Virus record (IMG/VR): IMGVR_UViG_3300024261_000039
Location: 1 to 55,339 of that record
Source: a virus
Lineage: Duplodnaviria > Caudoviricetes
DNA length: 55,339 nucleotides
Reading direction: 5' to 3' (one strand)
Shown here: piece after piece, positions 35,512 through 45,300 of the stretch
How positions within the stretch are numbered: position 1 is the first letter of the stretch
Layout of the letters: each line of letters opens with the position of its first letter
Position numbers and translations under genes: made by a program
The notes under the pieces: generated by a model
What the model saw: only the letters and a program-made list of their open reading frames with translations
Told to the model about the DNA's origin: nothing
Database searches by the model: none

Positions 35512-37701
35512 ATGGAAGAAGAGTTGAACCAGATTATAGACGATGAGTTCGATAATCTACCAGACATGGAAGACCTAGAAGACCCTGCGGTGGAGGATAT
35601 TGACGCTCTATTAGACGGTGACCGAGAGATGTCAGAGAGGTTATCCGCGCTAGGTGTCAGCTTGCAGTTGAAGGCCGATGAGTCAGTTGCCCAACGCGCT
35701 GAGATCGAAGGTAACTGGATGGACGATCTCAAGCAGTTCAACGGGGAGTATTCCGATGTTGAGAAGTCCAGACTCAAAGCATCTGGGGGTTCAATGTTGT
35801 TCGCCAACATTACCCGTCCTAAAGTCAACGCGGCTGAGGCGAGAATAAGCGACATCTTATTTCCCACGGACGATAGGAACTGGGACATAAGACCAACCCC
35901 AGTACCTGAGTTACAAGACTTTCAAGAATCTGAAACCCCAGTGGGCATGACGCCAGAGGGCAATGAGGTTCAAGAACGTGACGTTGCCGCAGGTCTTGTT
36001 GAAGAGGCCACCGTCAGAGCAAAGAAGATGAAAGACGAGATGGACGATCAGCTTATCGAGGCTAATTGGTCATCTGTCTGTAGAGAGATTATCCACGATG
36101 CCGTGCTGACGGGAACAGGCATCTTGAAGGGAGTGACTGTCTATGACAGGGTCTCCAAGAGATGGAACTCCATCCAAGACGAGAACGGTAACACCGCTAG
36201 GGTTTTGGAAATGACCATGGATAAGCGACCAACGTGTGAGCGTGTCGATCCATGGGATTTCTTTCCCGATATGTCGGCTAGGAAGATTGATGAGGCTGAA
36301 TTTGTCCTTCAACGTCATGTCATGTCGCGCAAAGACTTACGTGGCCTTGCCAAGCAAGAGGGTTACTTAGCGGGTCAGATCAACGACATCTTGATGGGGG
36401 AGGGTGAAGAGACGCCAACCGCTACACATCTTGAAGAGATGCGGAGCATGGCGGGCATATCACTATCTAAACCAACTCGTTACGAGGTTTGGGAATACCA
36501 CGGTGAACTTGACAAGAAAGACCTTGAGGCTTGTGGTTGTGATGTTGACACGGAAGATGAGTTAGACGTTGTCAGTGGCGTAGTGTGGTTTGTTGACGGT
36601 AAGGTCATTAGAGCAACCGTGAACATCCTAGACACAGAGGATATGCCTTATTCCGTGTTTACATGGGAGCAATCAGGAACGTCCATCTTTGGTATAGGTG
36701 TTCCACGATTAATGAATAACAGTCAGAGGGCAATGAATGCCAGTTGGCGAATGGCAATGGACAACGCGGGACTGTCCACTGCACCACAGATTGTCATCAA
36801 CGAGGGTTCGGTTGAGCCAGTTGATGGGGATTGGGCAATACGCCCAAGAAAGATTTGGAGGGCAAAGGGGTTGACAGCGAATGTTCAACAAGCCTTTGGC
36901 ACGTTTGAGATTAACGGGCATCTACAGGAGTTGCTTGCCTTGTTTAATGTTGCGCGTGAACTAGCCGATGAAGAGGCTGGGTTACCTTCAGTAGCACAGG
37001 GAGAGGCGGGCGCACAGCCTGTCAACACTGCGACAGGGATGTCCATTCTTATGAATTCCGCAAACACTGTTTTGCGGAGAGCAATCAAAGCTTGGGATGA
37101 TGGTATAACCTTACCGTTCATCCAACGCTTATATGATTGGAATATGCAGTTCTCTGAGAACGAAGAGGCCAAGGGGGACATGAAGATTCATGCCCGTGGC
37201 TCTTCTCATCTAATTGTCAAAGAGATGCAAGCACAGAATGCTATGGCGTTGATCAACATAGCTGGAAGTCCTCTGCTCCAACCTCTGACTGACGTACCTG
37301 CACTTTATAGACGGGTAGTTACATCCATGCAGATCGATCCAAACGAAGTGGTCAAGACGGACGCTGAGATTGAGCAAGAAATGCAGATGCAACAGCAGAT
37401 GATGCAACAACAACAGCAACCTCCTGTTGACCCACTAGGGCAAGCACACCTTGAGTTGAAACAGCAACAGATTCAGCAAGATGGTCAGTTGAAGCAAGCC
37501 CAGTTACAACAAGACGGTCAGGTTGCAATGGCTAAGTTACAGCAAGCTGACATGGCGTCACAAAGAGCCTCTGAGGCAAAAGCACTTGGAGAGAATTATC
37601 GTGGTGAAGTTGCAGACAAGAAGATTGGGGTTGACATGATGCGGGAAAATAACCGCAGATTAGAGATGGCAATGAAAGAGAAAATGGGTAGTGGCATCTA
37701 A
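35512..37701 (+). CDS. Portal protein (P22-like, with Gln-rich barrel)
   Basis: 729 aa; NITRPKV, GTGILKG, VDPWDFFPD, EVWEY, FGIGVP, TATGMSILM, Gln-rich C-terminus. Confidence 0.93.
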   Translation: MEEELNQIIDDEFDNLPDMEDLEDPAVEDIDALLDGDREMSERLSALGVSLQLKADESVAQRAEIEGNWMDDLKQFNGEYSDVEKSRLKASGGSMLFANITRPKVNAAEARISDILFPTDDRNWDIRPTPVPELQDFQESETPVGMTPEGNEVQERDVAAGLVEEATVRAKKMKDEMDDQLIEANWSSVCREIIHDAVLTGTGILKGVTVYDRVSKRWNSIQDENGNTARVLEMTMDKRPTCERVDPWDFFPDMSARKIDEAEFVLQRHVMSRKDLRGLAKQEGYLAGQINDILMGEGEETPTATHLEEMRSMAGISLSKPTRYEVWEYHGELDKKDLEACGCDVDTEDELDVVSGVVWFVDGKVIRATVNILDTEDMPYSVFTWEQSGTSIFGIGVPRLMNNSQRAMNASWRMAMDNAGLSTAPQIVINEGSVEPVDGDWAIRPRKIWRAKGLTANVQQAFGTFEINGHLQELLALFNVARELADEEAGLPSVAQGEAGAQPVNTATGMSILMNSANTVLRRAIKAWDDGITLPFIQRLYDWNMQFSENEEAKGDMKIHARGSSHLIVKEMQAQNAMALINIAGSPLLQPLTDVPALYRRVVTSMQIDPNEVVKTDAEIEQEMQMQQQMMQQQQQPPVDPLGQAHLELKQQQIQQDGQLKQAQLQQDGQVAMAKLQQADMASQRASEAKALGENYRGEVADKKIGVDMMRENNRRLEMAMKEKMGSGI

Positions 37702-37916
37702 TGGAGATTGATCCACGGTCACCCACATGGTTTGCAGTCAAGGATTTCTGCATCAAGGAATTAGATACCGCTACTTCTGCTTTAGAGTCGGCATCTATGA
37801 GCCACGAAGAGACTCAGTTTACCCGTGGATATATTAAAGCATTTAGGGAACTTTCAAAACTACCGATGGACTCTCAGTCTGGAATCCGTAGTGTTGGAAG
37901 TGTTGATTATGGATAA
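37701..37916 (+). CDS. Small conserved head-module protein
   Basis: SPTW...TQFTRGYIKAFREL..LP; typical gene between portal and scaffold. Confidence 0.7.
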   Translation: MEIDPRSPTWFAVKDFCIKELDTATSALESASMSHEETQFTRGYIKAFRELSKLPMDSQSGIRSVGSVDYG

Positions 37917-37953
37917 ATAGCCGCTTTAATTAGCCGCTACACAAGGAAGTGTT

Positions 37954-38874
37954 ATGGAACTAAAGGAAGGTCAGGTTGACGAGGCAGAATTAGACGCCAT
38001 TTTTAATGAGGATTCTGAGGATAAAGTTGAGGCTGTCACAGAGGTGACCGCTGAAGCAGAGACTTCGGGGGGTATTGTTGAAGAGGTGGCTACAGAGATT
38101 GTTGCTGATAGTGCCGAGAAAGAAAGTGTTGAGGTTGTTGAAGAAACTCCAGACCCATTAAGTGATTTTGATGCGTTAAAGAAGGAATTCGATAGTCTTA
38201 ATCATAAGTACAAATCGGACGAAGGCAGAGTGTCTGCTCTACAACGTCAAATAAATGAACTTCAGAAAGTTAATAACACGCTGAAGGCGCGTCAGGTTGC
38301 TCCTAGACCTGTTGCCAAACCCTCTCGACTAGACTCTGGAAAGATCGTGGATGATCTTTACTCTGGAGATGAAGAGAAGGCAAAAGCCGCAGTTGAGGCT
38401 CTAGTGAGTCATAGGCCAGCGGCAGTCGGAAATGGAAATGTAGAACAAACTGTAAATAAGATGGTGCAACCCCTTTTTGCGGCTGAAAAAGCCAGAGCCA
38501 AGGCTCAACAAGAACAGGTGTTAGAGTCAACTTATCCAGATTGGAGAGAGCAGGTCAACTCAGAGGAATTCTCTTCTTGGGTTTCTGGTCTTGCCGCACC
38601 TATCCGACAATTAGTTAACTCAGATGATGCACAAGATGCAATACAACTTCTCAAGTACTTTAACAGTACTAAGGGTGTATCTACATCTGTCGGGTCTGGG
38701 AAATCAGAGGTCGAGAAACTCAAGGAAAAACGAGGAAAGCAATTATCAGGGGGAACTGCGCCTTCATCGAAACACAACGCGAGTGTTTCTGGTGGTATGC
38801 CTAGTGATCCAGACGCTCTTTTCGATTACCTTGAACGAAATGACCCTGACTTAAAAACAGCGTATGGACGTTAA
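37954..38874 (+). CDS. Capsid scaffolding protein
   Basis: Acidic N-terminus, coiled coil KSDEGRVSALQRQ, YPDW...SEEFSSW; immediately upstream of the capsid gene. Confidence 0.8.
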   Translation: MELKEGQVDEAELDAIFNEDSEDKVEAVTEVTAEAETSGGIVEEVATEIVADSAEKESVEVVEETPDPLSDFDALKKEFDSLNHKYKSDEGRVSALQRQINELQKVNNTLKARQVAPRPVAKPSRLDSGKIVDDLYSGDEEKAKAAVEALVSHRPAAVGNGNVEQTVNKMVQPLFAAEKARAKAQQEQVLESTYPDWREQVNSEEFSSWVSGLAAPIRQLVNSDDAQDAIQLLKYFNSTKGVSTSVGSGKSEVEKLKEKRGKQLSGGTAPSSKHNASVSGGMPSDPDALFDYLERNDPDLKTAYGR

Positions 38875-38902
38875 TTAATTTTTTGAATAAGGACATTTAA
38901 AA

Positions 38903-39886
38903 ATGGCTAATACTGAATATGGGGATATCACCCCACGTACTGCGGCATTCGCAGAAAGAGAGTTACTGAAGCGGGCATTGCCTCATTTGGTAATTGAGAA
39001 GTTTGGACAGGCGAAACCTATCCCGACTAAATCGTCAAAGACTATTAAGTTTCGTAGATACGATAACTTAGCTTTGGCAACAACAGCATTGACAGAGGGT
39101 GTTACACCTAGTTCTAAGCAACTATCTGCAACTGATGTCACTGCGACATTGGCACAGTATGGTGATCTGGTTACGATCACAGACGTTGTACAGGACACCC
39201 ATGAAGACCCTGTTCTACAGGAGTCAGTTGAGATTTTGGGTGAACAGGCCGCACAAACAATTGAAACTTTACGTTTCAATGTTTTGAAAGCGGGTTCTTC
39301 TGTCCGTTACAACAACGGGTCAGCTAGAAGTTCTGTGAACACTGCTATAACGCTTGAGCAACAACGCAAAGTCACCCGTGACTTGAAACGTCAGAACGCT
39401 CGACCAATCTCTAAGATTGTACGTTCTACGCCAAGCTATGGAACTCAGGCTGTCGCACCTTCTTTTATCGCACTAGTTCATCCTGACATGGAATCAGATA
39501 TCCGAACTATGACAGGGTTTACACCTACTGAGAAGTATGGACAGTTAACCCCGTATGACTCTGAGATCGGCAAGGTCGAAGATGTTCGCTACCTAACCTC
39601 TACCGTGTTTACTCCATGGACAGACGCAGGTGGTGCTAAAGGTACTATGATTTCAACTACGGGTACATCTGCTGATGTTTATCCTGTGTTGTTCTTAGCG
39701 CGTGATGCATACGGCCTGATTCCGCTAAAAGGAAGAAGTTCAATCACCCCATCTGTAGTTAATCCATCACCAAGTGAGTCTGACCCTCTAGGTCAACGTG
39801 GTCACATTGGTTGGAAAAGCTACTCTGCCACTGTTATTTTAAACGATGCCTACATGGTGCGTTTAGAGTGCGGTGTAACTGACTAG
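38903..39886 (+). CDS. Major capsid protein (N4-gp56 family)
   Basis: YGDITPR, KFGQ, FRRY, LTEGVTP, QYGD, EIGKVEDVRY, SDPLGQRG..GWK. Confidence 0.95.
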   Translation: MANTEYGDITPRTAAFAERELLKRALPHLVIEKFGQAKPIPTKSSKTIKFRRYDNLALATTALTEGVTPSSKQLSATDVTATLAQYGDLVTITDVVQDTHEDPVLQESVEILGEQAAQTIETLRFNVLKAGSSVRYNNGSARSSVNTAITLEQQRKVTRDLKRQNARPISKIVRSTPSYGTQAVAPSFIALVHPDMESDIRTMTGFTPTEKYGQLTPYDSEIGKVEDVRYLTSTVFTPWTDAGGAKGTMISTTGTSADVYPVLFLARDAYGLIPLKGRSSITPSVVNPSPSESDPLGQRGHIGWKSYSATVILNDAYMVRLECGVTD

Positions 39887-39909
39887 TAGTCAGTATCAAG
39901 TAGGTATTA

Positions 39910-39936
39910 GAGCCGTCCATAGTGGCGGCTCTTTTA
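39910..39936 (+). terminator. Intrinsic terminator after the capsid gene
   Basis: GAGCCGTC-CATAG-TGGCGGCTC hairpin followed by TTTT. Confidence 0.8.
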
Positions 39937-39966
39937 TTTGTTTATTCATTTTAAGAAAGGATTCTC

Positions 39967-40236
39967 ATGGAAACTAAAAAACCTCTAGTTAAAGAAAGAG
40001 CCGAAAGGTCTAGACGTTCAAAAGTTATTTTTCATAACACACAAGAAGACACAGGGGACGTATTTGCCCAGATTAACGGTGTCGCATACCAGATTCAGCG
40101 GGAGAAGGAAGTGAACCTTCCCAGCGAAGTTCTAGCCACGCTAGACAATTGCATCATAACGAAGTTTGAGCGGGGGGCAGATGGTTCTGAGATTGAACGT
40201 GACATCAAACGCTTTCCATATACAAAGGTAGCTTAA
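39967..40236 (+). CDS. Hypothetical virion-module protein
   Basis: DVFAQINGVAYQIQRE.EV.LP...RFPY; RBS AAAGGA. Confidence 0.7.
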   Translation: METKKPLVKERAERSRRSKVIFHNTQEDTGDVFAQINGVAYQIQREKEVNLPSEVLATLDNCIITKFERGADGSEIERDIKRFPYTKVA

Positions 40237-40896
40237 ATGAATTATCTCACCCTATGTGACACACTCATCAAGGAGGCTGGGCTTGCGGAAGAGGGAATAC
40301 TCTCCGTAACTGGTCAAAAAGGCATTAAGAAAAAGGTAGTGGCATGGGTATCAAACGCATGGGTTGAGATACAAAATAAGCGAGATTGGAACTTCCTCTG
40401 GAGTGAGTCTAGTTTCGCAACTATTGTCGATAAACAATCCTATCACCCTGTTGATGACTTAGCACTAGACCCTGTGCTGAGAAGGTGGAGTCCCTACTCC
40501 TTAATTCACTCCACCCCGACAGGGGATAATAAGTTTTATTTGAAGTATGTCCTCTGGGAGAATTTTGACAATACATTGTCCAGTTCTGGGACACCCACAC
40601 AATTCACAATTCGACCTGACAACAGCATTAAATTTAATAGTGTTCCTGACGTAATTGGGAAAGTGAGTTTCGAGTATACCCGAACCCCACAGGTGTTGAC
40701 TTTAGGTACTGACATTCCAATTTTACCAATTGCACACACGGAAGTAATTTTATATCAAGCCATGTTGTACCTTGCCGCAGAGCAAGATGCTCCAGAATTA
40801 TACCAAGACGCAAGTAGGCAGTTGGCTACGCGGATGGCAGATTTAGCCGCTGAGTCTATGCCAAATCCTTCAGTTGCTAATGTTCCTCTAGCATGA
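40237..40896 (+). CDS. Head-tail adaptor / tail tubular protein A-like
   Basis: MNYLTLC...NAW.EIQ...WNFL...GTP..F...L....DIPILP..H.VI.Y.A; position in the module. Confidence 0.75.
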   Translation: MNYLTLCDTLIKEAGLAEEGILSVTGQKGIKKKVVAWVSNAWVEIQNKRDWNFLWSESSFATIVDKQSYHPVDDLALDPVLRRWSPYSLIHSTPTGDNKFYLKYVLWENFDNTLSSSGTPTQFTIRPDNSIKFNSVPDVIGKVSFEYTRTPQVLTLGTDIPILPIAHTEVILYQAMLYLAAEQDAPELYQDASRQLATRMADLAAESMPNPSVANVPLA

Positions 40897-42365
40897 CCGT
40901 TCGTACTGAGACTTGGGCGTTAAAGGGAGGTTTGGATTTAGAATCTCCCGCGATGTCCATCCCTGCTGGCAGGGCTATCGTTGCTCAGAATTATGAAGCG
41001 GCAATGTCTGGTGGTTACAGGCGCATGGATGGGTACGAACTTTTCGATGGGTCAGCGACACCCTCCGTTGTCTCTGGGTCAGGGGATATTCTGGGTGTTT
41101 GGGAGTATGGTGGGGATGTTTACGCTTTCAGAAACAATACACTAGGAACTGCTTGTGTTATGCACAGGTCAACCTCAACTGGGTGGGTTGTTGTACCCAC
41201 TGGTCTTTTCCCTGTTCCTTCTGGTAAATTTGAATTTGTAAACCACAACTTTGCGGGGTCTTCTTCTACGGAGAAGATGTATGGGGTTGATGGGAAGAAT
41301 AACTGCTTTGAGTGGAATGGTACAGTATTCGCCAACATTTCCACGGGGATGACTACGGACACCCCCACTCATATAGGTGTTCATAAAAATCATTTATTTC
41401 TATCTTTTGAGGGTGGATCAATTCAACATTCTGGTGTTGGCGCACCCGCGTCTTGGACTCTAAATACTGGGGCTGGGGAGATAGGTATTGGTACTGAGAT
41501 TACCAACATTGACTCTATGCGAGGAAATGCCTTAGTCATAACTGGTTCTGACAGAATTAACATCCTGTACGGCACATCTTCTGCGGATTGGGACTTAAAA
41601 TCCTTCTCAACAGAGTTGGGAGTTGTTGCAAACACAACAGAGATTATTGACGCTGGGTTAGTGTGGTTCAACGGTAGAAATGTTACCCACATGAGTACAA
41701 CGCAATCATTTGGTGATTTTAATACCGCCTCTCTTTCCACTCGAGTCACTAAACTATTAAGTGTCCGACTCGATAAAGTTGTCGGGTCATCCGTTAATTA
41801 TAAGAAAAACCAATACCGATTATTTTTCAATGATAAGACAGTTGCCGTTGCGACAATCGTAAACAATAAGTTGTTGGGTTGGACTTCGTGGTTAATTCCT
41901 CATGTTCCGACTGCGGTGTCATCAGGATACATGGGTTGTACTGATGGTTCTGTCATGGCTCTGGACACGGGTACGTCTTTCAATGGTGCGACCATAGACT
42001 CATTTCTCCGTTTGGTGTTTAACTCATTTAAAACACCGCACAGACAGAAGCGATTTAGAAAACTACTTCTTGAAATGGAAGTTGGTAGTCAAGCGACTAT
42101 GCAAATGGTAGCTGATTATGGGTATGGTGTTGAGACCTCCTCGATTTCAGATCCTCTGACGGTTGCTGGTTCTGGGGGGTATTGGGATACCGTAGATTGG
42201 GCAGACTTCAACTGGTCTGCCACGATTGTCTCGCAGATGGAGGCTGTGCTTAATGGCTCTGGGAGAAATATGTCTGCTCTTATTTACCATACAAGTTCTA
42301 GTGATCCTTCCTTCACCGTTCAAGGAATTTCAGTTAATTATTCCATAAGGGGTTTAATTCGATGA
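40893..42365 (+). CDS. Tail nozzle / DNA stabilization protein (P22 gp10 / tubular protein B-like)
   Basis: Beta-rich 490 aa; GGLDL...N......GYRR.DG, HKNHLF, QYRLFF, KRFRK. Confidence 0.75.
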   Translation: MTVRTETWALKGGLDLESPAMSIPAGRAIVAQNYEAAMSGGYRRMDGYELFDGSATPSVVSGSGDILGVWEYGGDVYAFRNNTLGTACVMHRSTSTGWVVVPTGLFPVPSGKFEFVNHNFAGSSSTEKMYGVDGKNNCFEWNGTVFANISTGMTTDTPTHIGVHKNHLFLSFEGGSIQHSGVGAPASWTLNTGAGEIGIGTEITNIDSMRGNALVITGSDRINILYGTSSADWDLKSFSTELGVVANTTEIIDAGLVWFNGRNVTHMSTTQSFGDFNTASLSTRVTKLLSVRLDKVVGSSVNYKKNQYRLFFNDKTVAVATIVNNKLLGWTSWLIPHVPTAVSSGYMGCTDGSVMALDTGTSFNGATIDSFLRLVFNSFKTPHRQKRFRKLLLEMEVGSQATMQMVADYGYGVETSSISDPLTVAGSGGYWDTVDWADFNWSATIVSQMEAVLNGSGRNMSALIYHTSSSDPSFTVQGISVNYSIRGLIR

Positions 42366-45300
42366 GTAATTTTTATACCAAACCAACAGACCTCGTATCG
42401 GGTACTACGGCTAGGGCAAGTGATATAAATGACCGTGTAGATTCTGTTGAGTCTGGGTTTGATAGCGCGGAGTTAGTGACCATACGGTCAATAAAACTCC
42501 CTGTTGGAACGACAGCAGATCAGCTTATCACTGAGTCATCGGCTAATAGAGCAAGTAAAACTATTGGGTTCGATACATCTGGTGACTTGGTTCTTTACTC
42601 ACCGTATAACTGGCAGGGCGATTGGACAACTACCACTGAGTATGCTCTCCACGACACTGTTCGGGATGCCTCCACCAAGAATTTATATTTCTGTATGGTG
42701 GTTCACACCTCTGGTACTTTTGCCACAGACTTAGCGGCAAGTAAGTGGTCATTGGCAATCAATGTAGCTGATGTTGAGACTGCAAAAACTGCGGCAGAAA
42801 CTGCTCAAACAGCGGCAGAACTTGCAGAGACAAACGCAGAAACTGCTCAAACAGCGGCAGAACTTGCAGAGACAAACGCAGAAACTGCTCAAACAGCGGC
42901 AGAACTTGCAGAGACAAACGCCTCAACTTCTGCGTCAACAGCCACTACCCAAGCAACCACAGCCACTACCCAAGCAACAAACGCGGCAACTAGCGCAACT
43001 GCGGCATCGACTTCAGCAACAAATGCGGCAACTAGCGCAACTGCGGCATCGACTTCAGCAACAAATGCGGCAACTTCTGCGTCAACAGCAACTACCCAAG
43101 CAACAAATGCGGCAACTTCTGCGTCAACAGCAACTACCCAAGCAACAAATGCGGCAACTTCAGAGACAAACGCGGCAACTTCAGAGACAAACGCGGCAAC
43201 TTCAGCAACCACAGCTACTACCCAAGCAACAAACGCGGCAACTTCAGCAACCACAGCTACTACCCAAGCAACAAACGCCTCAACTAGCGCAACAAACGCC
43301 TCAACTAGCGCAACAAACGCCTCAACTTCAGAGACAAACGCCTCAACTGCAAAGACAGCGGCAGAAACCGCTCAAACAGCGGCAGAAACCGCAGAGACAA
43401 ATGCGGCAACTAGCGCAACTGCGGCATCGACTTCAGCAACTAACTCAGCAACTAGCGCAACTGCGTCATTAACTGCTCAAACAGCGGCAGAACTTGCAGA
43501 GACAAACGCAGAAACCGCAGAAACAAATGCGGCAACTTCAGCAACCAATGCCAACACAGCTAAATTAGCGGCAGAGGCGGCTCAGACTGCGGCAGAATTA
43601 GCGTCAGATACTTTTGAGGATACTTATCTAGGTGCTAAAGCCTCTAATCCAACTGTTGATAATGACGGTGACGCATTAACCACAGGCGATCTGTATTTCA
43701 ACACCACATCTGATGAGATGAGGGTGTACAACGGTACATCTTGGCAGACTGCCGCAGTATCTACTGCTTCCATGTTAGCACTGACAGGTGGTGCAATGAC
43801 GGGAGCGATAACAACTTCTTCCACGTTTGATGGTCGTGATGTTTCCGTAGATGGGACGAAGTTAGACGGTATAGAGACAAGCGCAACGGCAGACCAGACA
43901 GCAAGTGAAATAAAAACTGCTTATGAATCAAACGCAGATACTAATGAATTTAGCGATACAGAGCAAACTAAGTTAGCAGGCATAGCAACAAACGCAAATA
44001 ATTATTCACTTCCGTCATCGGTTGTCCATGACACTGAAAAAGGAGCATTACACGCAACAGACGCATTAAGAATTTCAGGTCACAGTGTACAATTACACAA
44101 AGGAGATGGTTCTTATGAATCCGTAACTGTACCTGATAATAACACCACTTACTCAAACGCCACTACAAGTTCTAGTGGGTTAATGTCCAATACGGATAAG
44201 AGTAAATTAGATGGTGTAGCAACAAACGCAAATAATTATTCACTGCCGTCATCGGTTGTTCACGACACTGAGAAAGGTGCATTACACGCAACAGACGCAT
44301 TAAGAATTTCTGGGCATACTGTACAGTTATATAAAGGGGATGGTAGTTCAGAATCAGTAACCGTACCTGATAATAACACCACTTACTCAAATGCCACTAC
44401 AAGTTCTAGTGGGCTAATGTCCAATACGGATAAGAGTAAGTTAGATGGTGTAGCAACAAGTGCAAACAACTACACCCACCCCGCTAATAATCATCTACCT
44501 TCAGGTGGTACTGTCGGACAAGTCCTGACGAATGTTTCTTCTGGTAACGGTAGTTGGGCAGACGCATCTGGTGGAGGGGGTATACTTTCTGGTATTGCCG
44601 CTGGTGGCATAACTGCGGGTGATCCAGTAGTTGTTAATGGTGCATCTCCGCAAGGCATCCACCCAGCGGGTACAGTTTCTTCAGCAATACCAACGGTATA
44701 CGCTAGGGATATGATGAGCGTTTTGGATCAGAATATAGACCCCAATTATATGCAATCCCACTACGTCACGTTATGCCCTCAAATAGACGCAGTAACCAAC
44801 CTACCTAATACCGTATTAATAGCCCACGCGGCTAGTAGTTATGGGATTGGTACTAGGTTTGTCGCGCGGGAGGGTGCAACCACTGGCACAGCGCAGGCGG
44901 GTGTTACTTACTCAACTAATGCTATGCTTATTGGGGATATGAAGTTCGTAAATACCAGCAAGTTTCCCAGTGATATTTCCTATTTCTTTTTCGTATATGG
45001 TGACTCTGGTAATAGCAACAAGCTGACGTTGAATTGGGGGAAAGTACAGGAGGTGTCAGGGTCAGGGACTGCTGACGCTATTTCGTTTGGGCAGACACCC
45101 GTTGTCGTAGATTCTACTTCGTTAGGTAATGAGACACGATTCGCTAGACTAATCCCCATGGCAGAACACGAACAGTCAAACGGACAGCCGCTAGTTCAAG
45201 TAGTAATTGCTTATTCGGTCAGTGGTCAAGCAAGATTTGTTAAAGCTGGTTTTTCCCTGTCAAACTACAACGAAATAAGCACCAGTACACAACCCACTAT

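Noticed and set aside
42771-43472. 233-aa Gln/Leu/Arg-rich ORF and the antisense Val/Ala ORF
   Set aside because: Alternate-frame products of the tail-fibre repeats.
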